NCBI GenBank assembly: GCA_965226055.1
Contig: CBDDCA010000005.1
Coordinates: forward strand, 160,001 to 224,000
Length of the DNA: 64,000 nucleotides
From: Spirochaetia bacterium
Lineage (GTDB): Bacteria > Spirochaetota > Spirochaetia > WTKD01 > G963693115
Reading direction: 5' to 3'
A model generated the notes under the pieces. It ran no database searches, was not told the origin of the DNA, and saw nothing but the letters and a program-made list of their open reading frames with translations. Shown here in pieces: positions 21,893-32,271 of this stretch. Position 1 is the stretch's first letter. Each line of letters starts with the position of its first letter. The position numbers and the translations under genes are program-made.

Positions 21893-23038
21893 ATGAAAAT
21901 AAACAGTGCGTACTTTTACTGCCCTTCTCAACAAGGCACTGCACATAGAGCCTTTTATCCTCATAGTACAATAGCAATAGCAGAAGGATTGCATGCATTA
22001 CACATTCCCATTTTCAGCAATAACAACTATTGGCTACTTGACGATAAAAACAAAACATATCTTTTTACTAAAAAGCAAAACATAGAAGCAGCAGATTGCG
22101 ATCTCATATTATTAAGTGCAGAATATTTATTACAAGGAGAACCTTTTCCTCATTTTTTGAAAAAGAAACAGAACAATAAAGTATTGGTATTTATTGATAT
22201 TTCTGATGGAGTATATTCTCACTCATTTTATAAAAACATACAACACTTTGATATTATACTACGTGCAAGCTATAATAGTGCAGCAAAAGGGTATCCTAGC
22301 AATATGCATCCATGGTGTTTTGGTAGTCCACAAAGAATTATTGATGCTTGTAAAAACCAACAAAAAGCATGGAATGAGCGAAACAAAACCTTACTTTGCA
22401 ACCACAGAGTAGCTCATCCAATACGTACCATAATACAAAAAAGCCCTCTCTATTCAAAGATAGCTTCCCGTTTTGCTTTAGACACACACACAGAACCCTT
22501 TGATGTCCCAAAAGAACCAGAAGCATTATTAAATTGGACACGTACAGGAAGAAGACATTACCCTCAATATTACCAGCGTTTGTGTAATGCTCAAGCAAGT
22601 GCCTGCTTTGGAGGATACTTTTATAGCAAAAGGCTTTTTCCATTGCATCTTCGCTATTATACAAAAAACAAAAAAAAGCCTTTTATGAATCGTACAAAAG
22701 AATTTTTATGTGCAGTATATAATAAACTCATTCCTCATACAAAAAAAATAATATATCAATGGGATAGCTTTCGACTATGGGAAAGCTTTGCTGCAAGCTG
22801 CTTAGTATTTCATATAAATTTTGAAAAATATACACTAGCTCTCCCTGTGATGCCTCAAAACAGAATACACTATATTGGCGTTGCCCTTGATTCCTTAGAG
22901 GATGATATAGAATTTTTACTACACTCCGATGACACAGTATTAGCAAATATAGCAGAAAAAGGACATAAATGGATGTTGGAACATTATAGCCCTCTTCCTA
23001 TGGCTCAACGATTACTCAGCTTATGTTCAGCAATATAG
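21893..23038 (+). CDS. Putative GT-B glycosyltransferase (Glyco_trans_1_2/CgeB-like C-terminus)
   Basis: WDSFRLWESFAASC and ..IAEKG.KW..EHYSP C-terminal pattern; soluble. Confidence 0.55.
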   Translation: MKINSAYFYCPSQQGTAHRAFYPHSTIAIAEGLHALHIPIFSNNNYWLLDDKNKTYLFTKKQNIEAADCDLILLSAEYLLQGEPFPHFLKKKQNNKVLVFIDISDGVYSHSFYKNIQHFDIILRASYNSAAKGYPSNMHPWCFGSPQRIIDACKNQQKAWNERNKTLLCNHRVAHPIRTIIQKSPLYSKIASRFALDTHTEPFDVPKEPEALLNWTRTGRRHYPQYYQRLCNAQASACFGGYFYSKRLFPLHLRYYTKNKKKPFMNRTKEFLCAVYNKLIPHTKKIIYQWDSFRLWESFAASCLVFHINFEKYTLALPVMPQNRIHYIGVALDSLEDDIEFLLHSDDTVLANIAEKGHKWMLEHYSPLPMAQRLLSLCSAI

Positions 23039-23040
23039 CA

Positions 23041-23997
23041 CTAGGCATTCCTTATCTTTGTGTACTCAGCTGCTATTTTCGCTCCTAAGAGAGCATTATT
23101 CTTTACTAGCTGTATATTAGAAAACAAGCTCTTCTTTTCTGTTCTTTCTGCAATATATGAAAGTAAAAAGGGAGTAGTAGCTTTTCCTACTATACCTTTT
23201 AAGGAACATTGTTGTAACGCCTCTTCTACTACTGTATGTATATACGATTCATCCATAGAATATTCTTCAGGAATTGGATTAGCAATAACAACACCAGTAT
23301 GTCCAGAAACTTCTCCATATTCACGAGAAGAAACAAGAGACCACTTGATAGCAAGAAATTTAGCAATTTTTTCTACTGTATCAAGACTCATATCAAGATT
23401 AAAATTACTATTGCGAGTATAGAAAGCAGGCAAAACCTCCGTTTTATATCCAATCACTGGCACAGCTTTTGTTTCTAAGTATTCTAATGTAAGCCTTAAA
23501 TCAAGTATTGATTTAGCTCCCGCGCATACTACTGCAACAGGAGTTTTAGACAACTCATCAAGATCTGCAGAAATATCAAAACTTGTTTCTGCTCCACGAT
23601 GTACCCCTCCTATTCCTCCAGTAGCAAACACAGATATACCAGCAAGATGTGCTATATACATAGTAGCAGCAACAGTAGTTCCTCCACTTCTCTTCTGTAC
23701 AAGAGCAAAAGGAATATCTTTTGTACTTACTTTCAGCATTGTATTGCTATCCTGTTTTGCTACATTATCAAGCTCCTCTGCACTTAAGCCAACACGAATA
23801 GTGCCATCAATAATTGCAATAGTTGCAGGAGTAGCTCCATTTGCTCGAATTGTTTCTTCAAGTAACACAGCGGTATCCCTATTTTCAGGATATGGCATAC
23901 CATGAGTAATAATAGTAGATTCAAGTGCTACTATTGCCTTTTTCTCATCATATGCTCTTTTCACTTCATGAGAATAATGAATTTTTAATGATTTCAT
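23041..23997 (-). CDS. psuG: Pseudouridine-5'-phosphate glycosidase
   Basis: VALESTIITHGMPYP, TTVAATM, FATGGIGGVHRG, DISADL, GAKSILD, TPFLL. Confidence 0.97.
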   Translation of the reverse strand: MKSLKIHYSHEVKRAYDEKKAIVALESTIITHGMPYPENRDTAVLLEETIRANGATPATIAIIDGTIRVGLSAEELDNVAKQDSNTMLKVSTKDIPFALVQKRSGGTTVAATMYIAHLAGISVFATGGIGGVHRGAETSFDISADLDELSKTPVAVVCAGAKSILDLRLTLEYLETKAVPVIGYKTEVLPAFYTRNSNFNLDMSLDTVEKIAKFLAIKWSLVSSREYGEVSGHTGVVIANPIPEEYSMDESYIHTVVEEALQQCSLKGIVGKATTPFLLSYIAERTEKKSLFSNIQLVKNNALLGAKIAAEYTKIRNA

Positions 23998-24062
23998 ACT
24001 TCACTCCTTATAATTCAATTAGTACTTATAATAGTACATTGATACATCTTATATCATATATT

Positions 24063-25133
24063 TTATTTTTTAGAAAAAATTTGCATTCGCAATTTCTGTA
24101 TTACGCTCTCACTGATACTGCTAGATACTGCACTATTACTCTGTATGGTGTGACTTGCTACAGTCATTCCATATTCTACAGATTCTTGTAGAGAATAGTT
24201 ATTATATAACGCATATACTATGCCTGCACATAGAGAGTCTCCTGCACCAGTAGTACTTTTTACTTGCAAAGTATTTGATATTGTATTGTCCAGATATATA
24301 TGCTTATGTTCAACTATACCATAATTTGCATTATGATTTTTTGTTATATACCATACTCCATTTTTCCCCATAGAAACTACAAGCCCACCAAGCCCTCTTG
24401 TAATAAGCAGCATACCAATTTCATACAATAGTGAAAAAAAAGTACTATCTTGAACATGAAATACATCTTTTTCTTTATAACAATCAGTATCAATACCACT
24501 ATGAATAAAATGTAGTATATCATTATAATAACTAGAGTGCAAATCTTTAATAACAGAAGCCAGTTCTGCCACATTTGTCTTTAACAAAAAAATACCATCT
24601 ATACAAGTTTGAACTTTATGTGCCTTTGCTCCTGACACTGTGTCAACGATATATTGCGTACCTTTTATATCATGTACAATATAATCCAAACTTTCCTGAG
24701 AAAGATTTGTGTCTAATACACAAAATGAAGAACTTGTTATACAGCTCCTTTTTGTAGCAAAATAAGCAATATTCATTTCTTCTACTATATCCATATCCGA
24801 TATTGCATACACCATTTCCCCTTGCTCGTTATGAAAGGCATTATAACACGATGTATTAGCATCATTAAGCAACAACATATGAGAACAATCAAGAGAAGAA
24901 AAAGCAGTACTTTTCATATACTCCATCAATATAGTACCTAACATATCTTTTGCTGCTACACTCATGAGAATGCTAGGAATTCCAAGACGACAAAGATTTT
25001 CAGCAATATTTCGTGCAACTCCACCAAAAGATATTCGTATTGCCCCTTTATGAGAATCTTGCATAATCAAACTTGAAGTATATGCTTGCGATAAAACATC
25101 AACATTTGAGGCTCCAATAACACATACACTCAC
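24063..25133 (-). CDS. psuK: PfkB-family kinase, probably pseudouridine kinase
   Basis: GGVARNIAENL.RLG and TTGAGDS motifs; directly upstream of psuG. Confidence 0.85.
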   Translation of the reverse strand: MSVCVIGASNVDVLSQAYTSSLIMQDSHKGAIRISFGGVARNIAENLCRLGIPSILMSVAAKDMLGTILMEYMKSTAFSSLDCSHMLLLNDANTSCYNAFHNEQGEMVYAISDMDIVEEMNIAYFATKRSCITSSSFCVLDTNLSQESLDYIVHDIKGTQYIVDTVSGAKAHKVQTCIDGIFLLKTNVAELASVIKDLHSSYYNDILHFIHSGIDTDCYKEKDVFHVQDSTFFSLLYEIGMLLITRGLGGLVVSMGKNGVWYITKNHNANYGIVEHKHIYLDNTISNTLQVKSTTGAGDSLCAGIVYALYNNYSLQESVEYGMTVASHTIQSNSAVSSSISESVIQKLRMQIFSKK

Positions 25134-25175
25134 AATCTTTTATACTCCTTATTTCGCGTTAGATATATTATGAAG

Positions 25176-28100
25176 TTATGGCCCCTTATATGTTCCTCCT
25201 GCCCAATCTGGCACTTTATTCGTAGCTACACCAGAATTTGTAAAAGCATTCTTCGTGTTGATGCTTCTTGATCCCAGATGATCTTTCCATTCATATATAT
25301 CCTGACTAAAAGCTGTTGCTTTATAAAATATATATCTCATATCAGTAATACTGCCTACATCCCAACCAGATATATCTTGATTAAATACCGAATTATTATT
25401 AAACATACCCCCCATATTCTTTACACTACTTACATCCCAGTCTGATATACTTTTATTAAAGCTAGTAAACTTGAACATATCAACCATATTTGTAACACTA
25501 CCTACATTCCAAGCATGCAAAGGTTGATTAAAAACAGTAGCTTCACTAAACATTTCCTTCATATTGATTACGCTGCTTGTATCCCAAATATTAAGAGATT
25601 GATTAAAAGCAGTAGCTTTACTAAACATATATTGCATATCATTAACACTACTTACATCCCAACTTGATATATCACCATTAAATACTGAATTATCATAAAA
25701 CATAGATCCCATATTCTGTACGCTACTCACATCCCAACTTGATATATCACCATTAAATACACTTTGATTAAATACCCCTTCCATATTTGTTACATTACTT
25801 GTATCCCAGTAACTTACATCTCCATTAAATGTTTTATTGTTGTTAAAAAGATTTCTAAAAGAAGTCATATTACTTGTATCTATGTTTTTAAGATCTGGAG
25901 AGTTTGTACCTTGCTTAGTTACCTCAGCAGAAATAGCAGTTTGTAATTCTGCCACAGTAGAGGGAGTATGGTCATATACTATTTCAATGATAGTCATATT
26001 CATTACCACTGTTTTTATCTCACCTGTATAAATACCAGAACCTGTGAAGGTTATAGTATAAGCAGTATCATTAGAAGTTACAGAAGGAGTGCCTGAAATA
26101 ATACCTGTATTGGTATCCATTGATATACCAGTAGGAAACGATGGGTTTACTGAAAAAGTACCTGTGGCACTACTAGGAGATTTTTTAACTTCTATATTTT
26201 TTATACCTCTCCCTTTCACTAATTTTGAATATGATGTTTTTACTAAATCAATAGATGCACTATTCACTATAATAGAAAGCTGTATTGTTGGTTGTTGACC
26301 AGTATATGCACCACTAGCAGTAAACGTTATAGTATATTGTTTACTAGACTGTACTACAGTAGGAATACCTGAGATAGCACCTGTGTTGTTATCAATGGAT
26401 ATACCAGTAGGAAACGATGGGCTTACTGAAAAAGTACCTGTGGCTGAACTAATACTTTTGTTAATGAAAAATGGTGAAATAGAAGCATCTTTTATTGCAT
26501 ACACTTGTGTTACTTTTGTAGAAAGAACAATGGCTTCTAACACAGTAATAGTAACTGTCTTGGTTGCATCTGTATACACCCCTGTTCCTGTAAATGTTAT
26601 TGTGTAAGTAGCTTGTGAAGCTAACGCACTAGGTGTTCCTGAAATAGCTCCTGTTGCCTGATCAATACTCAACCCAGCAGGCAACGATGGACTCACAGTA
26701 AAGCTCCCTGTCGCTGCACTCGGATTTTTCGTAACAGTAATGGGTGTTATGCTTTTTCCTTTTATCGCTGTCAAGGTCGCTACATTTGTTGTGAGATTTA
26801 CTGGTTCTTTCACTGCTATACTCACCTGTTTTGTTGCATCTGCATATATTCCTGTTCCTGTAAATGTTATCGTGTAAGTAGCTTGTGAAGCTAATACACT
26901 AGGTGTTCCTGAAATAGCTCCTGTTCCCTGATCAATACTCAACCCAGTAGGCAACGATGGACTCACAGTAAAGCCTCCTGTCGCTGCACTCGGATTTTTT
27001 GTAACAGTAATTGGTGTTATGCTTTGTCCTTTTGTCGCTATCAAAGTCGCTACACTTGTTGTGAGGTTTACTGGTTCTTCCACTGCTATATTTACCTTTG
27101 CTGTAGCATTTACATACACTCCTGTTCCTGTAAATGTTATTGTATAGACCGCTTGTGCAGATGACACACTCGGTGTTCCTGAAATAGCTCCCGTTTTCTG
27201 ATCTATGCTCAAACCAATAGGCAGAGATGGATTTACAGAAAAATTTCCTGTCGCTACACTCGGATTTTTCGTAACAGTAATAGGTGTTATACTTTGCCCT
27301 TTTGTCGCTGTCAATGTTGCTACGCTTGTTGTGAGATTTACTGAACCTTCCACCGTTATACTTACCTGTTTTGTCGCATCTGCATATATTCCTGTTCCTG
27401 TAAATGTTATCGTATAAGTAGTCTGTGCAGATGACACACTTGGCGTTCCTGAAATAGCTCCCGTTTTCTGATCTATGCTCAACCCAGTAGGCAACGATGG
27501 ACTCACAGTAAAGCTCCCTGTCGCTGCACTCGGATTTTTCGTAACAGTAATAGGTGTTATGCTTTTTCCTTTTGTCGCTGTCAATGTTGCCACACTTGTT
27601 GTGAGGTTTACTGGTTCTTTCACTGCTATACTCACCTGCTTTGTCGCATCTGTATATATTCCTGTTCCTGTAAATGTTATTGTATAGGCTGCTTGTGCAG
27701 ATGATACACTCGGTGTTCCTGAAATAGCTCCTGTTTTCTGATCTATGCTCAAACCAATAGGCAGAGATGGATTTACAGTAAAGCTCCCTGTCGCTATACT
27801 CGGATCTTTCGTAACAGTAATGGAAGTTATGCTTTGCCCTTTTATCGCTGTCAATGTTGCTACGCTTGTTGTGAGATTTACTGGCTCTTCTACTGTTATG
27901 CTTACCTGTGCTGTAGCATTTGAGTGTCCACCAGTACCAGTAAAATGTATGGTATATGTTTTTTGTTGAGCTGATACACTTGGTATCCCCGAGATCTCTC
28001 CAGTTCCCTTATCTATACTCAATCCAGCAGGCAACAATGGACTAATAGTAAAATTTCCTGTCGCTGCACTATCTTTTTTGGTAATTGTAATTGGGGTAAT

Positions 28101-31100
28101 ACGTTGATTTTTTGTTGCTGTCAATGTGGCTACACTTGGAGTAATATCTTCCTGATCTTTTACTATGAGAGTAACTTGTGCTGTTGCATCTGCATATACT
28201 CCTGTCCCTGCAAACTCTATTGCATAAGCAGCCTGTGTAGCTAACACACTCGGTGTTCCTGAAATAGCTCCTGTTTTCTGATCTATACTCAGCCCAGCAG
28301 GCAATGTTGGATTTACAGTAAAGCTGCCTGTCGCTATACTCGGATCTTTCGTAACAGTAATAGGTATTATACTTTTCCCTTTTATCGCTGTCAATGTTAC
28401 CATGCTTGGAGTGAGATTTACAGGCTCTTTCACCATTATACTCACCTGTTTTGTCGCATCTGCATATATTCCTGTTCCTGTAAATGTTATCGTGTAGGCC
28501 GCTTGTGCAGATGACACACTCGGTGTTCCTGAAATAGCTCCTGTTTTCTGATCTATACTCAACCCAGTAGGCAATGTTGGATTTACAGTAAAGTCTCCTG
28601 TCGCTGCACTCGGATTTTTTGTAACAGTAATGGGGCTTATGCTTTGCCTTTTTATTGCGGTCAATGTTGCTACACTTGTGGTGAGATTTACAGGCTCTTC
28701 TACTGCTATATTTACCTGTGCTGTAGCATTTACATACACTCCTATTCCTGTAAATGTTATCGTGTATATCGCTTGTGCAAATGACACACTCGGTGTTCCT
28801 GAAATAGCTCCTGTTTTCTGATCTATGCTCAACCCAGTAGGCAATGTTGGACTTACAGTAAAGCTACCTGTCGCTTCACTCGGATCTTTCGTAACAGTAA
28901 TGGAACTTATAGCCACCCCTTTCGTAAAAGTATATTGTTTTTGATTTGTGGTAAGAGTTACAGAAACAGTTGAATTTGCTACCGCGATAGAGACATTTCT
29001 ATTTACGCTCTTGCCTTGATACTCATCTTTCCCTGTAAACTGCACTGCATATTGTGTGACTTTAGATTCTGTTGTAGGGGTACCATATATTCCTCCTGTG
29101 TCATTTATCAATAAACCATCAGGAAGTGCAGGAGTTACTACATATGTTCCTTTTGCTCCAACAGGAAAAAGTATAACAGAAATAGCATTCTCAGTAGCAA
29201 TAGCTTCTCCTTTTAATACACTTATACTATTTGATTCAAAAGTATATGCCCAACTTGGAATAAGTGCTCCTGTTACTCCTGAATTCTTAAATATATCTAC
29301 TTTTGTTGCCGTGTCTTTAACATTCCACTCTTCAAGGCTTTCCTTAAAATTACTAGCGTCCTTAAACATTTCATTAAAATTAGCTACTGTATTTATATTC
29401 CATGCTGATATATCTCCATCAAACAATGATCCTTGAAACATACCACTCATATTTGTTACCTTACTCACATCCCACTTCGATATATTTCCATGAAAATCTT
29501 TAAGAACTTCCCCAGAAAAAAGATTGCTCATATCAGTAATGCCACTTACATCTATATCATTAAGATTTGATCTAGGAAAATCAATAGTACCATCATTATC
29601 AACATCTACAATAGCTTTAATCAGAGTTATTAAATCTGATTTTTTTGTCAGATTACGAGTCAATTTTATTGCTATCACTACATCCGTAGATATTTTCTTT
29701 TTATTGTTCACTGTATTAGTAAATGTTATTGTGTATACTCTGGCAGGCATAGCAATTTTAGGGATACCAGAAATTTTTGCAGTATACTCTGCATCTTTAG
29801 TGAGAGCTAAGGTGAGCCCAGCTGGAAGTGTAGGGACTACCGAAACACCTACCATTTCATTATCAGGAGAAAAAGTAAAAGTAATATCAGTAATGGCTGT
29901 ATCTTGTGTTCCATTAAGGATTTTGGTGCTTGATACAAGTGTATAATTCCATGATGGATAGTCACTAAAAGGCACAGCAGAAAGCTTAAACATATCTTTC
30001 TTTATTACAGAGGAAGCTACATTCCATGCTTCAATATCTTTATTAAAATTATTTGCTCCATAAAACATTTCAGTCATATCAGTAACTTTACTCACATCCC
30101 AGACAGATATATCTTTATTAAATGTGCTTCCTTTGAACATAGCTCGCATAGTAGTGACATTGCTTACATCCCACTCCGATATATCTCCATCAAAAGATCT
30201 AAGGAGAGGATCAGTAAAAAGTTCGCTCATATCAGTTATTGCACTTGTTGATATACCATTAAGATCAGCAGAATTGTTATCAGCGTTGCCATCACCATCA
30301 GTATCCACTAGCTTTTTTATTTCATCAATAAGCTCTTGCTTTGTTGTAGGATTTGCAGTAAATGTCTTTATTGTAATTGATATATCTTGCTCAATGTTTA
30401 CAGCGTTTTTAGTTTCCCAATCACTACCTGTTTCTGGAGTAAATGTAAAAGTAATGTTTGTTTTTGCAGTATCAACAGTAGTTCCTGCTACTGCACTTAA
30501 GATACCTGTATTATTCTCTTTGTCATACGAAAAAGAAATTCCTGTAGGTAAAGGAGTATTAGTACTAACGGTAAGCTCACCTTCAGCCGCAAAAGGATAT
30601 ACTTGCACAGAAAAACCACTATTAAATGCTTTTCCAGTTTGTAACACAATAGCATAATCACTAGGAGTTATCGTAATTTTCTTTGTTTTCCAACTAGGTT
30701 CATCTTTCGCTTTTATGCCAGATCCAATGAAAACATCAGTTATGCTCGCTGATTTTTTTACTTTCCATAGTTCAGTATCTTGCTTAAATGAAATAGCATC
30801 TTCAAAGATACTATCAAATTTTTCTACCTTAGATACATTCCATCTTGATATATCATTATTAAACGCTACTGATCCCTTAAACATACCGCTCATATCCGTA
30901 ACATTACTAACATTCCATGATGAGATATTTCCATTAAAGAGCGGAAAATCAACAAATAGATCACTCATATTGGTAATTTTACTCGTATCAATATCCGAAA
31001 GATCAGGGCTAGGGTTTGTATCTGTTATACGAGATGCTAATAACTGCAACAATTCCATTTTTGTTGATGGAGTAATTTGCTTTGGGATAGTTGGTGGTGT

Positions 31101-31220
31101 AAGTTTTGGCTCATCTTCATTAGAACTAGAAGTTAAAAATTCACATCCTACAATAATAAACATCATTGTAGATAATATCAATATACCAATACATAATTGA
31201 AGCATATTGTTTTTTCGCAT
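25176..31220 (-). CDS. 2014-aa surface lipoprotein with four DUF285/BspA-like modules and many putative Ig (He_PIG) domains
   Basis: AGGAGG RBS; lipobox IVGC; FN.DIS.WDVS.VT.M..MF repeats; LP.GLSID..TG.ISGTP Ig repeats. Confidence 0.9.
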   Translation of the reverse strand: MRKNNMLQLCIGILILSTMMFIIVGCEFLTSSSNEDEPKLTPPTIPKQITPSTKMELLQLLASRITDTNPSPDLSDIDTSKITNMSDLFVDFPLFNGNISSWNVSNVTDMSGMFKGSVAFNNDISRWNVSKVEKFDSIFEDAISFKQDTELWKVKKSASITDVFIGSGIKAKDEPSWKTKKITITPSDYAIVLQTGKAFNSGFSVQVYPFAAEGELTVSTNTPLPTGISFSYDKENNTGILSAVAGTTVDTAKTNITFTFTPETGSDWETKNAVNIEQDISITIKTFTANPTTKQELIDEIKKLVDTDGDGNADNNSADLNGISTSAITDMSELFTDPLLRSFDGDISEWDVSNVTTMRAMFKGSTFNKDISVWDVSKVTDMTEMFYGANNFNKDIEAWNVASSVIKKDMFKLSAVPFSDYPSWNYTLVSSTKILNGTQDTAITDITFTFSPDNEMVGVSVVPTLPAGLTLALTKDAEYTAKISGIPKIAMPARVYTITFTNTVNNKKKISTDVVIAIKLTRNLTKKSDLITLIKAIVDVDNDGTIDFPRSNLNDIDVSGITDMSNLFSGEVLKDFHGNISKWDVSKVTNMSGMFQGSLFDGDISAWNINTVANFNEMFKDASNFKESLEEWNVKDTATKVDIFKNSGVTGALIPSWAYTFESNSISVLKGEAIATENAISVILFPVGAKGTYVVTPALPDGLLINDTGGIYGTPTTESKVTQYAVQFTGKDEYQGKSVNRNVSIAVANSTVSVTLTTNQKQYTFTKGVAISSITVTKDPSEATGSFTVSPTLPTGLSIDQKTGAISGTPSVSFAQAIYTITFTGIGVYVNATAQVNIAVEEPVNLTTSVATLTAIKRQSISPITVTKNPSAATGDFTVNPTLPTGLSIDQKTGAISGTPSVSSAQAAYTITFTGTGIYADATKQVSIMVKEPVNLTPSMVTLTAIKGKSIIPITVTKDPSIATGSFTVNPTLPAGLSIDQKTGAISGTPSVLATQAAYAIEFAGTGVYADATAQVTLIVKDQEDITPSVATLTATKNQRITPITITKKDSAATGNFTISPLLPAGLSIDKGTGEISGIPSVSAQQKTYTIHFTGTGGHSNATAQVSITVEEPVNLTTSVATLTAIKGQSITSITVTKDPSIATGSFTVNPSLPIGLSIDQKTGAISGTPSVSSAQAAYTITFTGTGIYTDATKQVSIAVKEPVNLTTSVATLTATKGKSITPITVTKNPSAATGSFTVSPSLPTGLSIDQKTGAISGTPSVSSAQTTYTITFTGTGIYADATKQVSITVEGSVNLTTSVATLTATKGQSITPITVTKNPSVATGNFSVNPSLPIGLSIDQKTGAISGTPSVSSAQAVYTITFTGTGVYVNATAKVNIAVEEPVNLTTSVATLIATKGQSITPITVTKNPSAATGGFTVSPSLPTGLSIDQGTGAISGTPSVLASQATYTITFTGTGIYADATKQVSIAVKEPVNLTTNVATLTAIKGKSITPITVTKNPSAATGSFTVSPSLPAGLSIDQATGAISGTPSALASQATYTITFTGTGVYTDATKTVTITVLEAIVLSTKVTQVYAIKDASISPFFINKSISSATGTFSVSPSFPTGISIDNNTGAISGIPTVVQSSKQYTITFTASGAYTGQQPTIQLSIIVNSASIDLVKTSYSKLVKGRGIKNIEVKKSPSSATGTFSVNPSFPTGISMDTNTGIISGTPSVTSNDTAYTITFTGSGIYTGEIKTVVMNMTIIEIVYDHTPSTVAELQTAISAEVTKQGTNSPDLKNIDTSNMTSFRNLFNNNKTFNGDVSYWDTSNVTNMEGVFNQSVFNGDISSWDVSSVQNMGSMFYDNSVFNGDISSWDVSSVNDMQYMFSKATAFNQSLNIWDTSSVINMKEMFSEATVFNQPLHAWNVGSVTNMVDMFKFTSFNKSISDWDVSSVKNMGGMFNNNSVFNQDISGWDVGSITDMRYIFYKATAFSQDIYEWKDHLGSRSINTKNAFTNSGVATNKVPDWAGGTYKGP
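25654..25760 (-). repeat. 75-bp-period DUF285 repeat with identical 32-bp core
   Basis: ACATCCCAACTTGATATATCACCATTAAATAC at 25654-25685 and 25729-25760. Confidence 0.85.
26360..28930 (-). repeat. Intragenic 270-bp (90-aa) tandem array of Ig-domain units
   Basis: Anchor GAAATAGCTC (or variant) at 26371, 26641, 26911, 27181, 27451, 27721, 27991, 28261, 28531, 28801, in exact 270-bp register. Confidence 0.95.
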
Positions 31221-31363
31221 ATATTCCTCCTTACAAATCTATTAGTACTAAAAATATAGCAACTATTTTTAATATATCATAACAAAAAAAACATTATTCT
31301 GCGGATTCAAGCTACTATTTGTATTGATTTTTACTATAAAAAAAGGTATACTTTATATACAAC

Positions 31364-32263
31364 ATGCAACAAGATAGACATACTATTCCCCAAAAAATAC
31401 TTTTTATAGGATTTGGCACAATGGGATATGCTATAGCTACCTCCCTCCATAAAAAAAAGAAATATCAGTTATTAGCCATTGATCCATATAATACAAAAAA
31501 TGCAGAGGTATTAGGAATACCATATTATAGTAATTTACAATCTATAGCAGATCATTTTCAGTCCTCACAAAACCTTTTAATAGTACTAGCAGTGAAACCA
31601 CAACAAGCATATCAAATATGTCAACAACTATCATCCTTTATAAGAAAGAATGACACTATAATATCTATTATAGCAGGAATACATAGTTCTGTTTTACAAA
31701 AACTATTACACACACAACGCATTATTCGTTTTATGCCCACTATTGGAGCTACTATCAATAAAAGCGTAACTGGTATATATGTAGCATCTCAGCAAGATCA
31801 CCATGAATTAACAGAAATAGCACAAACTATAGCAAATACATTTGGTACTAGTTATGTATTTTCTCAGGAAGAACACATAGCTGCTATTACTGGAATTTCT
31901 GGATCGGGCATAGCATTTGTAACCGCATTTTTAGATGCCATGATACTTGCAGGAATACGCGAGGGGCTTACAAAATCACAAGCACAAAGCATCTCCCTCG
32001 CAACTATGGAAAGCGTGTGTAGCTTACTCTCTCCGAAAGGAAACCGTAAAGCACCATTCTCATCCCCTAGCGATTGTATACAAGCAATATGTTCACCAGC
32101 AGGAACCACAATAGAAGGGATACACAGTTTACACTCTCAGTCATTCTATGCGATAATAATGAATGCAGTACATCAAGCACGCATCAAAGCTGATAGTATT
32201 GAACAAAAGATAAAACAAGAAACATATACTACCACAGAATCAACGCAAGATTCTATTGAATAA
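31364..32263 (+). CDS. proC: Pyrroline-5-carboxylate reductase
   Basis: FIGFGTMG, LAVKPQ, ISIIAG, R.MP, T.ISGSG.A, SPAGTTI.G. Confidence 0.93.
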   Translation: MQQDRHTIPQKILFIGFGTMGYAIATSLHKKKKYQLLAIDPYNTKNAEVLGIPYYSNLQSIADHFQSSQNLLIVLAVKPQQAYQICQQLSSFIRKNDTIISIIAGIHSSVLQKLLHTQRIIRFMPTIGATINKSVTGIYVASQQDHHELTEIAQTIANTFGTSYVFSQEEHIAAITGISGSGIAFVTAFLDAMILAGIREGLTKSQAQSISLATMESVCSLLSPKGNRKAPFSSPSDCIQAICSPAGTTIEGIHSLHSQSFYAIIMNAVHQARIKADSIEQKIKQETYTTTESTQDSIE

Positions 32264-32271
32264 GAGTAATT

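Noticed and set aside
25764-31200. Multiple + strand ORFs recurring at 270-bp spacing
   Set aside because: Antisense shadows of the repetitive minus-strand lipoprotein; no RBS or protein-like features
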